Positions 51,416 to 64,000 of a stretch of 64,000 nucleotides of DNA are shown piece after piece. Origin of the DNA: Lophium mytilinum (lineage: Eukaryota); assembly GCA_010093605.1 (NCBI GenBank), contig MU004195.1, positions 1,255,566 through 1,319,565 of the forward strand, given 5' to 3'. The number at the start of each line of letters is the position of its first letter. The stretch's first letter is position 1. The notes beneath the pieces are model-generated. The model had not been told where the DNA came from. It made no database searches and was given only the letters and a program-made list of their open reading frames with translations. The position numbers and the translations under genes were made by a program.

Positions 51416-52767
51416 ATGAGAGGAAAGGAAGTTTGCGTAGAAAACATAAGGTCGGCGTTGTTTTTATTTGTTTGCCGCTCACAGCCTCGGCTAGAATAGC
51501 TTGTGGTGCATGGACTGTTGGTGCGGAGCATCGATTTCAAGGCGGGTAGCTGCATGTAGGTGAACCCTTCTTTTTGGAATTCATACATGGTGGTGTCTTC
51601 CGTGTGATGTTTTGTTGTAGACTAGAAATCGTGAAAGTGGATGTATTAATATGTTGGTTTTGGAGGCGTTCTTGATGCTCGTGATGATTGTATGTTGTTG
51701 CTTTATTGGCACTCTCATAAGGGATTCGAAGGCTGGTTCATTGTAGGACTCGTCATCTTCGACGTCGCACGTAGCTCTCATGCTTTCAATACATGACAAT
51801 TGGGAAAATAAACTTTGAATCACTTTGCTTCTTAACCGTTTGCTTATATATAGGGAAGTGGGCAGCCGCACGGGCCTCTATTAAGGCATCGGGTTTTGCG
51901 GTTCCGTCCCGAATCCCGTTCACTCTCCTCAATGTCTGGACTCTCCCTCTCTAACCGAGCTTTTGATGTCACTGCTTTGTTCACTAATACGCCATGTTAC
52001 TAGGCTCAGAGCCTGTTCTTCTCCGCTAGTGCGCTGTCTCTTTGAAGATGTCGGCGCATGGTAGAGCGTGAGGCTTGCGAACTCAGAATTCATAGTTGAA
52101 AAGCATATTCCAGCTGAATTTCTTAGTTTCCCTCTCCTCTTCTCAGACACATAAATGTTCAATCTCGATTCCTAAAAAATATATACTACATTCTAAGTCC
52201 GTGCTTGTGAGCTCTGTGGCATCTCTGATAGATTGAGGTGTGATAATTTTTTACAATAAAAGCTTGTGAACTTTGGTATAGTAGGGTATAGAACACGGCT
52301 TAGAAACGAAGCCGACCCTGGTCTAGACTGCATAAGCTTTTCCACACATTGAATACAGAAGGAGGGTTTGAGGTTGTCCAGAGGGGTGGTTGGTTGTGCT
52401 GATGAGGTGTAGGTCGACCGGCAACTGGTCTCAGACCTCAAGTGCTCTGGAATAGTTGAGACCTGGCTCGGGGTAATATATAGTGGCCTCACGTAGTGTG
52501 AGAAGCTGAAAGAGGAACGGAGGTGTGTCATCCAACGGGAAAAAGGTAGAAAATTGAGTGTGATTAAAGGAGCAATGACTCTGAAGTTTGGAAGACGGTT
52601 AGGTTCTTACGAATGTTGTCATTAGTGCTCCAGGACTAGATGATTATCTGCTTTACCGCGTCGAACAACGGCGAGACGTGTTGACGAACTGAGTGGGGCG
52701 CTTACATGGCTTGGGTCCATGGATGGTGATAGTTCGGTACCTTGGTACATACCTTTGTTAGTCAGAG

Positions 52768-52863
52768 CTCCCACATCTATTGCCTTGAAACCTCCAACAT
52801 CTCCCACCTTAAGACCTCCCACATATCCCACATATCCCGCCTTAGACCTCTCACATCTCCCAC
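52768..52863. repeat. Short degenerate ~24-bp C-rich tandem repeat upstream of the F-box gene
   Basis: About 4 copies of CCTCCCACATMTCCCRCCTTARA-like units. Confidence 0.55.
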
Positions 52864-52907
52864 TTCCTGAAAAGATTTCCCACCACTATCACCAACCAAC
52901 CAACCAA

Positions 52908-53696
52908 ATGGAGGCATCAGCTGCGCACCAGGCGCTCGGCATCACCGAGCTTCTCGAATACATCCTTCTCGAACTTCCGATCTTTGAAAAGTTCCAAGCT
53001 CAACGAGTCTGCAAGGACTGGAAAACCGTCATCGACAACTCCTCGCCGCTGCAAAAAGCGATGTGGCTCGCCCCTCAAAGTCTATATTCTCCGCCAAATA
53101 AAGACACGGACCCTGCCGATTCTATACAAACCTCTTGGAACATAATGATGCGCGCCATGAAGTCTGGTCCTATCTCGACAGAGTTCAGCCCGCTGTTGTG
53201 GGGCTGCCGCGACCTTCAAATGTGCGGTATTGCCTTGGAAGCAGCAAATACGAAACTGCTTGCGGTTCGCGACCATCCATTCTCTACCCGCTGCCAGGAA
53301 GCTCTGGACGGCAAGTGCAAGATGACGTGGGAGGATATGCAGGTGTGCAACCCACCATGCACAAGCCTGGTGGTGTGCACAGTCGAAGAACCATCTCTAG
53401 CAGGATGGATCATGGGCGCCCAGAGTCGCGCCTCTTTCAAGCGCTTAGAGAACGAAAGCGGAGTGCGAATGGGAGAGGTAGTGAGGTCGCTTTTCGAGCA
53501 AAGGCGGAACCCACAGTACGAAGTACCACAGGAAGTGGATAACCGGTTGGTGGAAGCAATGTTTCGTTACTATATGTATTCTCGCCTCGAGTTGGGATTC
53601 GCCCTAGACTGTGAGGGTATCACAGGATTTTGGCAAGACGAAGAACCGGCACCCTCGCGATTACAATCTATGTTCTGTGATTTTATCGATGAATAG
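52908..53696 (+). CDS. F-box domain protein
   Basis: MEASAAHQALGITELLEYILLELP...AQRVCKDWKTVIDNSSPLQKAMWL; C-terminal WEDMQVCNPP and NESGVRMGEV, typical of an expanded fungal F-box family. Confidence 0.85.
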   Translation: MEASAAHQALGITELLEYILLELPIFEKFQAQRVCKDWKTVIDNSSPLQKAMWLAPQSLYSPPNKDTDPADSIQTSWNIMMRAMKSGPISTEFSPLLWGCRDLQMCGIALEAANTKLLAVRDHPFSTRCQEALDGKCKMTWEDMQVCNPPCTSLVVCTVEEPSLAGWIMGAQSRASFKRLENESGVRMGEVVRSLFEQRRNPQYEVPQEVDNRLVEAMFRYYMYSRLELGFALDCEGITGFWQDEEPAPSRLQSMFCDFIDE

Positions 53697-54371
53697 AGAG
53701 TCTTCTTTTATTGGAATGAAGGGAAGGATGGAAATGGAAAGACTTGTTACTAGATATCGTGAATACACTGAAGACATTCAATCCACCTTACCCAAATGCA
53801 TCTAAGAGAATCGCGATGGAATGATCAACGTTGAAGGCAGAATGCATATTTCTGAACAGAATAAGTCCTACGAAGGGTTCTCAAGCGACCTCTACGACCG
53901 TGCAGCTTAAACCCCATAGCTGGATTTGCTGACGCTGAGCTATATCTACCTCTCATGTCTGAACATCTGGAAACGGAGTGTGAGGCTTCCTCGCCCAGAA
54001 TGTGCCCTTGATTGAGCACTTCATACGCGAACAAATCATTTGGAAGGATTTGGTAGCCCTAAGGCTATGAGATGAACCACAAAAGTGAATGAGTTAATGC
54101 ATTGTGCTGGTGGTAGAGTTCATGTCAGCTTTGACGGTGCTTGGCCTTCCGAGGGGCTCGATACCTACTTTGAAACCCGCGCCGCTCTCAGCTACAACAC
54201 CTCTGGATTTCTTTCATGCGACGATTTTCCACGATACAAAGCACTTTCCGCGTACTAGAACATCACCGTAAAAGCTACAAGATCTCGAAAAGTCATTGGC
54301 AGCCCTTAACCCTCCTGCGCCATTGAGCGCATCTGCGCCAATGCGCCCCCAACCATAACCTCCCTCCAACC

Positions 54372-56412
54372 ATGCAGTTCCCCAAACTCACGCCTCTCCA
54401 GTCGAGGCTTGCGGCCTCCCTCATTGCGTCCGCGATACTAGTCCTCGTATATATATTCCTAACGCCAAATCATTTCGCCTATGCCGCCGAGCTGGACTCG
54501 ATACTCCAAGAAGACCACAACCACCACCGGTTACACGCACGTGCGCCTGCAGACCTTCTCGACGATTTAGACGACTACGATGATGCTGAGGGATACGAGG
54601 CGGAGTTCATGGGAGTGTCGCGGAGTATCACAGGGCGGGTAGCTGCCTTCAGCGATGCGCTTACGAATAATGTGGTCAATAAGATGGATCTTGATCCGGG
54701 CTTGACGCATAATTATGTCTTTGCGAAGGCGGAGGTATTGGGGAACCACACGGATAAAGGAGTAGGATATCCGTCTGTACTGCAATTGCAACGCCGGAGC
54801 GTGAACCTGGATGGAACTGAGTCCTTAATGCTCGACCAGGAAGACCGTGGAGATGGAGAACTATTGGACGAGGAAGAGACGGAGGACATTCACAAAAGAC
54901 AGGACGAGGGACCGGCTGTGTATATCTCTGTCAACGCGTGCCGGCAACCTTCTCCGAATGGGACCGTATCTGGCAGCCCTCCTCACCTTACAATGTACAT
55001 TTCAAAGACGAATAAAGCCCCTGGACGGAATTCCCAGAAGGACCTGGTTACCCCGCCGATTCCTTTTCAAGGAGGATTCGCCAACTATACTCTCAACTCC
55101 ACTGGGGATGTCTACATAGGGATATCTGCACCCGACCTGCCGAAGAACTATGCCGGAAATTGGCACTTTGAGATTGCAGCTTCAATCGACGGGCTATATC
55201 AGCAATACCACGATTCAGAGTTTCTGTTCTCGGTAGACACTGACAGTGGGTCAGCTTTGTTCATAACTCATAACCTTACTCCGAATGATACGATGCCTGA
55301 TGTGGACAGTGAGTGGGTTAAGTTTGGGCCTCTCTTCACGATGTACGCATTCCCTCAAGACTATCGGCCAATCAAGGGCTTGGAGCAGTCATTTTGTGCA
55401 ATACGTGAGTCGTTCGATGCGGCAAGCCTACCGGTTTCGACGGGCATGACACAACGAATGACTCCAGCTCTCAACCAACCGCCTCTCAATCAAAAATTGA
55501 CGAACCAGACAAAGCAGCAGTTCCACATAGACGGGTTGAATGCCAGCTCTACTTACACTGCGTACCTTGCAATGGTCGGGAACGGTACGACTGAAGGCCC
55601 AGACGTCCCTGACGGAAAAGTCGTAGGAGGTGGCGGTCAAATATGGAAAGCCATCACCTTCAACACTAAAACCGGTGTGTTTCCCGTAAACATCACCACC
55701 ATATCTTCTCAACTAACAAATTCCTCCAGATGGAAACTGCCAAGTAATCTACAATCTAACCTTCTGCAGCGACGTTGCCTACGCCGTCCCCGCCAACCCC
55801 TCCAAGTTCAACGCCATCGGCCTCGCCTCGCTCTACGATACCCAGGCCCAATCTTACTACGACAACTTCACCAAGTCCATCGCCCAAGTCGCCTGCGACA
55901 CCACCGACACGGCCCGCTACTCCCTCGCCAAGACCTGCGATGACTGCGCCCAGGACTACAAGAATTGGCTCTGCGCTGTGCAGATCCCGCGCTGCGAGGA
56001 CTTCTCTTCTTCCCCCGCCCTCACGTACCTCCAACCGCGGAACATCGGGCAAGACTTCATCAACGGCACGGAGCCTAACGCGAACGCGACGGCGGAGAAG
56101 CGGATGTCGTTTACGCAGAGCCGCAACCCGCTGATCGATAGCGTGATCAAGCCAGGTCCGTATAAAGAGCTGCTGCCGTGCGAGGACTTGTGTTATAGTA
56201 TTGTGCAGAGCTGTCCCGCGAATTTGGGGTTCTCGTGCCCGAGCGGGAAGAATCTGGAGGCGGGGTATGGGAAGCGGGACCCGAGTGAACAGAACATGAC
56301 GTGTAGTTATCTTGGGGCGGTGTTGCAGAAGCCGAGTGGGGGTGGGAGACTGTCGATTAGTGCTGGCCTTGTAGTCAGTATGGCGTTGCTCGCAGTGATG
56401 CTCGCGGGGTGA
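54372..56412 (+). CDS. MID1: Mid1 calcium-channel regulatory subunit
   Basis: MQFPKLTPLQSRLAASL, EDHNH, VYISVNACRQP, VDTDSGSAL, Cys-rich C-terminus (CSDVAYAVP, CDDCAQDYKNWLCAVQIPRC, GPYKELLPCEDLC..CP), hydrophobic tail; intron near 55675-55729. Confidence 0.93.
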
Positions 56413-57000
56413 AGGGATGCGGTTGAGTGATTATTTGGCATAGGCGTTTGGGATGTTCATGAGATTATGGCGTTGAGAAAGGTGAGGAGCGTAGGCTGCA
56501 TGCAGAGGCGTCAAGACTTTGTGTATAGCGCTACGACTTATGTTACTGGCCTGCTTTAATAGCGCTCGAAGTGCTTCATAACCTTTTATAGCACCTCCAA
56601 TGAGATAGTAGTTTATCATTGTGCATGCCTGATGCTTTACTAGGCTAGCTGAGGTTGTGGGGGTACAAAAGTTTTCACCGGCTGGATGTTTGACCCTTGG
56701 CTCGAGTATTCAATTCATGAGGATAGACTTGGATTTCGAAATTGATCTATCAAACTTGAAAAGCCGCTGAAGGCAAAGGAGGTCCCTATTTAGGCTTCCT
56801 TTCCTTTACGGTAGGAAACCACCCTTCAGATCAGCTATCCAACCTAAGGCGCCGGTTGTAATGGCGATTTTTAGACTCCAAAACTCCACCCGCTAAAATT
56901 GACGCAGAATTGATGCCTGTTGGCTGTTACTAGAAGCGCTCGAAGCCGTCTGGCATAGCTATCCAACCACCCAAGCGCTTCATAGCACACCGCCACATCT

Positions 57001-57780
57001 CTAGTCCCTTGAAATAGTCTCCTCAGCACTCCCATCTCGTCTGTTAACGAATTAGCATCCCATCTCCCGCAACAGCCAGACTTCACACTAAACTTACGGC
57101 ACATAATTCACCCCCGCAGCCTCCACAGCCGCCACTACCTCCTCGGGCAGAACCCCTTCAACCTGCACTGCATAAACCCCCGCAATATAACCCTCCAGCC
57201 GCTGATACCTCGCAACCCAGCTGGTCTTCGTATCGGCCACGGTCATCAGCCCATCGAACACCTGGCTCGTGCACTCATTCACCGCATCCCCGGAGCCCGT
57301 CAGCTCGAGGAACGCCTCGCAGTTCGGGCACCCCCCGCTGACAAACTTGGCGTACGTCTGCACGATGCCGCAGACCATGCAGGCGCGCAGGTTCTTGTAG
57401 TCGCGCGGGCCGACGAAGGCGGAGTTCGACATTTCCTCGGCGGCGGGGTCGGCGGTGTCTTCGGTAGGCGCGAATTGGGCTACGGGGGCCTTCTTCTTCT
57501 TCTTGCGTTTCTTGCGGGGTTCTTCTGGGCTGTGGGAGGAGCCGCGCTCGATGGAGGGGAGGATGTGAGTGTGTTTATGGGAGGAGTCCGCTTCTTTGAA
57601 GAAGGCGGCGGCGGCGGCCTTTCGAGCGGCTTCTTTGGGTGGGGTGTTGAAGAGGTTCTCGAGGGCTGGGTTCTTCGCGGGGCGCTGGGGAGGAGTGGCT
57701 AGGAGGGAGGGATTGGTGTGTGGAGGAGGGGGGAGAGCGGGAGGGTGGTGGTCGTCGTGGTCGTGGGGATTGTTCTCCAT
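57001..57780 (-). CDS. SPT4: Transcription elongation factor Spt4 (conserved core from ATG 57432; possible 116-aa N-terminal extension)
   Basis: LRACMVCGIV, GCPNC, CTSQVFDG, SWVARYQRL, GVYAVQVEG; intron after YVP, last exon RDGSAEETISRD*. Confidence 0.92.
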
Positions 57781-58146
57781 TCTGGCCCAAAGCGCGCTAT
57801 ACCCTTTGTTAGTAGTGAGACAAGGGAGCTGGCGTCAGGCTTACCGTGTTCGGCGCCCAGTGTGGGGTTTTGTGGGTGGTAGGGTGTTTGGGCTAGGCTG
57901 TGTGGCCTCGGCAACCGGTGATGTACTGATTAGGGTACGCGCCCGGGCGGGCAAGCAAAAGCTTCGAGAATCGTCGGGAACGCAGTCGACGCGAGCCAAG
58001 TGTGTGAAGGTGCTGCCTTGAACCCACGCTCTTTCCACAGCTTCACTTGCAACCGTCTGGAATCCGTCCGTGTTGAAACCCTGGCCCCCGTCAAGAGTTG
58101 GATTCTGTCAAGGAGGATTTCACTTCACAGCGCCCCCGCAGGCACC

Positions 58147-59754
58147 ATGGCTGCAGCACAGGAAGAGGCCCTGGCCTTCAAGAACAAGGGCAATGATGCC
58201 TTCAGGAAGCAGGACTGGATCGAGGCCATCGAGTTCTACTCCAAAGCCATCGATGCATATTCTGAGGATCCTTCGTTCTATACGAACCGCGCCCAGGTTA
58301 TTCGCCCCCAGCCCTACCAGCACGCGAGCATGGCTAATGTGTGTTTGATAGGCATATATCAAGACTGAGATGTATGGGTTGGCTATTGCAGATGCAGACA
58401 GTGCCATTGCGTTAGACCCAGAGAATGTGAAGGTGTGTAGGACTTGAGGCTTCGAGTATCATTGCGGGCGCTTATAATTGTGTTCGGTATTAGGCATTCT
58501 ACAGACGGGCGTCGGCCAATACAGCTATTCTACACCACTCCGATGCACTGCGGGACTGGAAGCTTGTGGTCAAGAAGGCTCCCAAGGACACGGCTGCTCG
58601 CATGCGTATGGTCGAGTGCGACAAGGTGGTTAAACGGGATGCATTCCTCAAGGCTATTGAGATTGAGGATGCACCGAGTGCGGCCGAGGGTTTAGATCTG
58701 GAGCATATGGCGCTGGAGAAGAACTATGATGGTGTGAAGCTTGAGGAGCAGATAACACCGGAGTTTGTTGAGGACATGATTGACAGGTTCAAGAACGGGA
58801 AGAAGCTGGCTAGGAAATACGTCTTCCAGATCATATTAGCGGTTAAAAAGATCGTGTATGAAGAGCCAACGATGGTTGAGGTTGAGGTGGAACAGGGGAA
58901 GACTATTACGGTCTGTGGAGATACTCATGGTTAGTCTCTTTCCTCTCCCCAATTGGGTCTGGATTATTGCTGACTTCTTTGCCCTAGGCCAATTCTTTGA
59001 TTTGCTTAACATCTTCAAGCTCAACGGATTTCCTAGCGAAACCAATGGCTACCTGTTCAACGGCGACTTTGTCGACCGTGGCTCCTGGTCCACTGAGGTT
59101 TGCCTGCTCCTATACGCCTACAAATGGTTGTATCCGACAAGTTTCTTCCTGAACCGCGGCAACCACGAAACGGATGATATGAATCGCATGTATGGCTTCG
59201 AAGGCGAATGCCGCGCCAAGTACACCGAGCGTGTCTTCAAGGTCTTCTCCGAATCCTTCTCTGCCCTTCCCCTTGCGACGCTCATTGGCAAGAAACATTT
59301 CGTCCTCCATGGTGGTCTCTTCTCCGACGACGCCGTCTCACTCGACGACATCCGCAAGCTGAACCGTCACAAGCAACGACAGCCAGGCCAGTCGGGCCTT
59401 ATGATGGAGATGCTCTGGACAGATCCACAGCCCGATCCCGGACGTGGCCCCAGCAAGCGTGGTGTGGGTATGCAGTTTGGGCCGGATGTTACGAAGCGCT
59501 TCTGCGAGGCCAATGGTCTTGAGACTGTCATTCGCAGTCACGAAGTTCGCATGGAGGGTTATGAAGTCGAGCATGACGGGCGCTGTATCACTGTGTTCAG
59601 CGCTCCTCACTACTGCGATAACACCGGCAATAAGGGCGCTTTTATCAACATCGGACCAGAGCTAAAACTCAAATTCAACCAATTTGAGGCCGTACCGCAT
59701 CCCGACATCAAGCCGATGGCTTACGCCTCGAACGGGCTGAGCGGGCTGATCTGA
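58147..59754 (+). CDS. PPT1: Ser/Thr protein phosphatase 5 (TPR + PPP catalytic domain)
   Basis: TPR ([23 protein letters not shown]), GDTHGQ, GDFVDRG, RGNHE, HGGL, SAPHYC. Confidence 0.96.
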
Positions 59755-60327
59755 AATAATGAACGCGGGACTTCTAGCGAGGAAGAATCGGGGACATACC
59801 AAAGCGCTGAAAGGGATGGGAAGGAAGAATCTTGCATAGCCCATTGGTGTTAGCGGCGTAGGCATGGGATCATTGCATAGGTGCCTCAGATTGGTGGGGT
59901 GCCGGTGGCTACATCTGTTTCGGTATATCTTGGGAATTATTCAGGCCAGTGACGAGGACTTCGGGATTGTACATGTACCATAGGGGATGGTTGGATGACG
60001 GGCCGGAGTATATAGGCCCTGCGTAGATGAGATTGCAATATACTGAGGGTACTCTGCTCGTACTGAAGCCTTGCCAAACTGTGAACTCGTTGTTAAGGTC
60101 GAGGTGTTCCTCAGATCTATCTGTTTAATTCAATTTCGAAGCAATGAGTGACCCCATACATCCAAATAGTAGCGCGGACGGGAGCTCTCTTTCTCAATGG
60201 CCCGTGCGCCGAGGCACGTGCCCTCGTGGAGTTGCGTCAGATCCCAGATCTAGGAAACAAGGATACCTTCAACACCACCTCGGTCACTCATTCAATTTTC
60301 AAGTAAGTAATGTCGTAGTTTTCGAAC

Positions 60328-63155
60328 ATGATGTTATTCAACTCCACCGCCCGGCGGATACATCCAATGCGGGCAGGCACCGTGTTTGGCCTTCAGAGAA
60401 ACGCGTTTGCCAGTCTACAGGGAACGCTGAGAAAAAGGTATCAGGCGACAGAACCGCTCATGAAATACGAAAGCTAACTCCATGTCAGGACTCCAGTCAT
60501 TTCAGCCCTCGACTCGAGAAATCGAGGAGTACGGCGAGCTACGCTGCAAGCTGGAGAAGGGAAATCCGGGCACATTAACACTGCTCCCAATGAGGGCATC
60601 CTATTCTTTGACAGTGCGTTTCATTGCTTTCCATCATATTGCTCTCTATCTCTATGTTTCTCTAACCGTATTTTCAAGATGTCTTCCCGCTTCGTCTCCA
60701 ATGGCTTCTTCGTGTACCTTTCTCTCCCGAGGACAGGGTACCCGGTCTCTTGAATAGCCTGACCTCGCCCGGTTTGACTGCCGGCGACCCTCTCAATCTC
60801 ATTGAGAAGGCGATGAAAGATAAGACACCCGTCGACATCGTCGAAGTTCTTCCGCGATTGAAAGAAGGTGGCGAGTTTGTGAAGTTCACCCATAATGAGA
60901 CAATGCCATCTGACGTGATCGAACGCGCTATAAAGGAATACCTAAAGGAAAAGCCCATCAAGCCATGGTGGAACCCGTTCGTTCGAATGCGAGTGAATCT
61001 TGTCAGAGGTCGGCCCTGGGTGGAGGATCTTTATCGACTCCCCACGTCAAGATTGAAGGTTGAGTTTCTGCCGTCTAAACCGGGAGAAGAAGCTGTAGAG
61101 CTCTCGCAGGAACAACTTTACGCACACTTTAGGCCATATGGAAAACTCTCCGATATCATACCGCAGCCTCAGGATTCCAAGATTCTGCCGAAATTCGCGT
61201 TCTTGGACTTCACGGCACCGAGACGAGCAATCATGGCCAAGAACTGCATGCATGGGTATTTGGTATCCGATGCTGAGGGAGGAGGAAAATCTGGGACTAT
61301 CATTAGACTCACGTATGAGCAGAAGCGTAAGGCACATTGGTTCTGGGACTGGCTTGTCAACCATCCAAGGGTAACCATTCCTGCCGTCGCTGCTATTGTT
61401 GCCAGCGTAACCATTGCTATCTTCGATCCGTAAGTTGCATGCACGCTCCTTAGGGGGCTTGCTAACAAAACTAGCATCCGAACTTTCTTCATCAAAACAC
61501 ATATCACGAGGTCTTTCCACATCGCAGACAGCAGAATCTATCGCTGGTTCAAAACACAGGCTACGGTTCGTTCAGTTTTTTGCTGGCAAGAGACTAGGTC
61601 ATGCTAACGAGAACGGTAGGACATCTTGAGACTCCACAATAAACAGGACGATGACGCTGGCATGGAAGCTATTTGGGACGACCGACGAGGCAACATCGAA
61701 CAGATCAAGACTTGGCTAATAGAGACTGCCGATACGTTCATCATTGTCCAGGGTCCTCGTGGTTCAGGAAAGAAGGAATTAGTGATCGATCAAGCCTTGA
61801 AGAACAAGAAGTACAAGCTGCTCATTGACTGCAAGCCCATCCAAGAAGCTCGAGGAGATAGCGCCACAATCTGCGCCGCGGCTGCCGAAGTCGGGTACAG
61901 GCCTGTCTTCTCTTGGATGAACAGCATCAGCGGTATGGTTGATCTCGCCGCGCAAGGTGCCACGGGCATGAAGACAGGCTTTTCGGAGACTCTGGATACT
62001 CAATTGGCGAAAATATGGAACAACACCGCAACAGCTCTAAGACAGATTGCATTGGAAGGTCGTAGTAAGGACGACAAGGATTCTCATTTGGGAGATGACG
62101 ACTATCTAGAGGCACATCCTGAGCGTCGCCCCGTTGTTGTCATTGATAACTTCCTGCACAAGAGCCAAGAGAGCGGCATTGTCTACGACAAGATTGCTGA
62201 ATGGTGAGAGCTCTTCTCGTTCCTGCATGATATACAGTACTGACATCATATCAGGGCCGCAACTCTCACTACCAACAACATCGCCCACGTAATCTTCCTC
62301 ACAAACGACGTCTCCTTCTCCAAATCTCTCAGCAAAGCTTTGCCCGACCGCGTCTTCCGCCAAATCTCCCTTTCCGACTCCAGTCCCGAAGTCGCCAAAA
62401 GATTCGTCATCAACCACATCGACTCTGACGCCGACGACGAGCCCGAACCCGACGACGGCTCCAAGAAGCTCACCCCTTCCCAGCGCCGCACCGACCTCGC
62501 CGAGCTAGACTCCTGCATCGAGTCCCTCGGCGGCCGCCTTACCGACCTCGAGTTCCTCGCCCGCCGCATCAAGACCGGCGAAACCCCCTACAAAGCCGTG
62601 CGCGAGATCATCGAGCAATCCGCCTCGGAGATCCTAAAGATGTACATCTTCGGCACGGAGGAATCGACAGATTCGCCACGCCGATGGAGCGTCGAGCAAG
62701 CCTGGTTCCTAATCAAGCAGCTCGCCACCACCGAGGAGCTGCGATACAACGAGATCCTCCTCTCTGACACGTACAAGAGCGGCGGCGAGGCCGTGCTGCA
62801 GGCGCTCGAGCAGGCGGAGCTCATCAGCATCGTCGGCGGGCCTAATGGCCGTCCCGCGGCCATCAAGCCGGGTAAACCGGTGTACTTCCCTGCCTTCAAG
62901 CGGTTGACCGAGGACGACGTGTTGCGCAGCAAGCTGGACCTGGCGGTTGCGACGGAGCTGATCAAGATTGAGAATGCGAACATCGATAAATATGAGAACG
63001 AGTTGTTGTTGATGTCGAAGCTGAAGAGCCAGCCGTGGCAATTGACGCCGCGGGTGCAGTGGTTGTTGGGGAAGGTGGAGGCGAGTCAGGCGAAGGTGGA
63101 GAAGTATGAGAAGGAGTGTGGGGTGTTGAAGAAGGTGCTGGGAGAGGAGTACTAG
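60328..63155 (+). CDS. YME2: Mitochondrial escape protein 2 (Yme2/Rna12; RRM + P-loop domain)
   Basis: GHINTAPNEGILFFD, PRLKEGGEFVKF, LVRGRPWVEDL, FRPYGKL, VQGPRGSGK, VGYRPVFSW, PVVVIDNF, LGGRLTDL; multi-exon. Confidence 0.94.
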
Positions 63156-64000
63156 ACCGAGGACGAGAGCGGTGTATGATTAGATAGCGATGTTCTCTGT
63201 TGGCTTCAAATCGATTGAGCGTGGGCTGAACGGCGGCTTTTCTACATTTGAGGATTGACTTGAGTTGTATATATGTATCATCACTCTTCTGCTCCTCCAA
63301 CATGTGCGAAAATAGTCTCAGGTATATATTCTTGATTGCTTGCACTGGGCTTGGGTGTCCAATGATCCGTATTACGATGTTGGGTGTGCGTGCAGAAACC
63401 GCGCGCGACGCGCCGCCCGCCTCCTGCAATCCATAGACAACAAGCCAAACCACCATCTCGCCGAGCTTCACAGGCGTGATGGGGTGGACGCGAGAGCCAA
63501 AGCTCTCCAAAGATGTCCTTGCAGGATGGAAGAGCGAAAGGTGAACAACGCGAGTGGCCTCAGGGGAGGATGCTGAATAGGGTGAACGAAAACATACATG
63601 TCCAATTGTCTCCAAATTGCATCAAGAACCTTAAATGACACAGTACAAGTGATCGCAATGAGGTGAAATGATTTAAGAACTCAGAACGTGGGTACTGAGC
63701 GGGGTGGAAGAAAGTAAACAATCGCGAGACTCGCGAAAAGCCTCAAAACACCTCGAAAAACCCACTCCCAGGCGTTTCACCGCGGTGAAAAGCCTCTCAA
63801 GCCCTCCAACCCACCCAGCTCCCCTCCCCCTCACAATCCCGCAGCTCCCCGCGCGCGGGAAACCAAATGTAGCGCCCGCCTTCCTCACTGATACCATACA
63901 TACCCCATAATTCCGCTCACATTTCACTAATAAGCAGGTTTACCTAGTTGGTTCCGCTCTCCCTCCGAGCCCGATGCACCGCCCCTCACCAACCGAGCCG

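Noticed and set aside
51420..52760. AT-richer intergenic stretch with short ORFs
   Set aside because: Frequent stops in all frames, and no transposase motifs or terminal repeats seen.
62962..63615. 217-aa minus-strand ORF overlapping the YME2 3' end
   Set aside because: No domain; its C-terminus is the low-complexity antisense of YME2.

Overview
Intron-containing filamentous ascomycete (Pezizomycotina) chromosomal DNA with GT-AG introns and CTRAC/CTAAY branch points; the F-box families look Dothideomycete-like, which is a weak inference. The flanks hold housekeeping genes: GLT1 (5'-truncated) and CTF4/sepB on the left; CHZ1, TOM5, IWS1, the complex I 75/78-kDa subunit, MET17/cysD, a peroxisomal long-chain acyl-CoA synthetase, MID1, SPT4, PPT1 and YME2 on the right. 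Between about 11.1 and 36.6 kb lies an apparently uncharacterised 12-gene oxidative cluster with no PKS, NRPS or terpene synthase. It encodes a Zn2Cys6 regulator, two flavin monooxygenases, two P450s, a BphC-like VOC protein (one in-frame TAG), two SnoaL/NTF2 proteins, an SDR, an acetoacetyl-CoA ligase, a DUF3237 protein and an intronless bacterial-type RDRSWG-motif protein. The cluster is split by the essential gene PIS1. A shared CCG-N4-CCG promoter motif (CCGRSCTCCG) on both sides of PIS1 suggests a single regulon, most plausibly for catabolism of a phenolic or polycyclic aromatic compound. Two genes absent from the ORF track (TOM5 and the DUF3237 gene) were assembled by hand from short exons. 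Two tandem repeat arrays, one with internal palindromes, lie between GLT1 and CTF4. All family calls come from motif recognition, not database searches.
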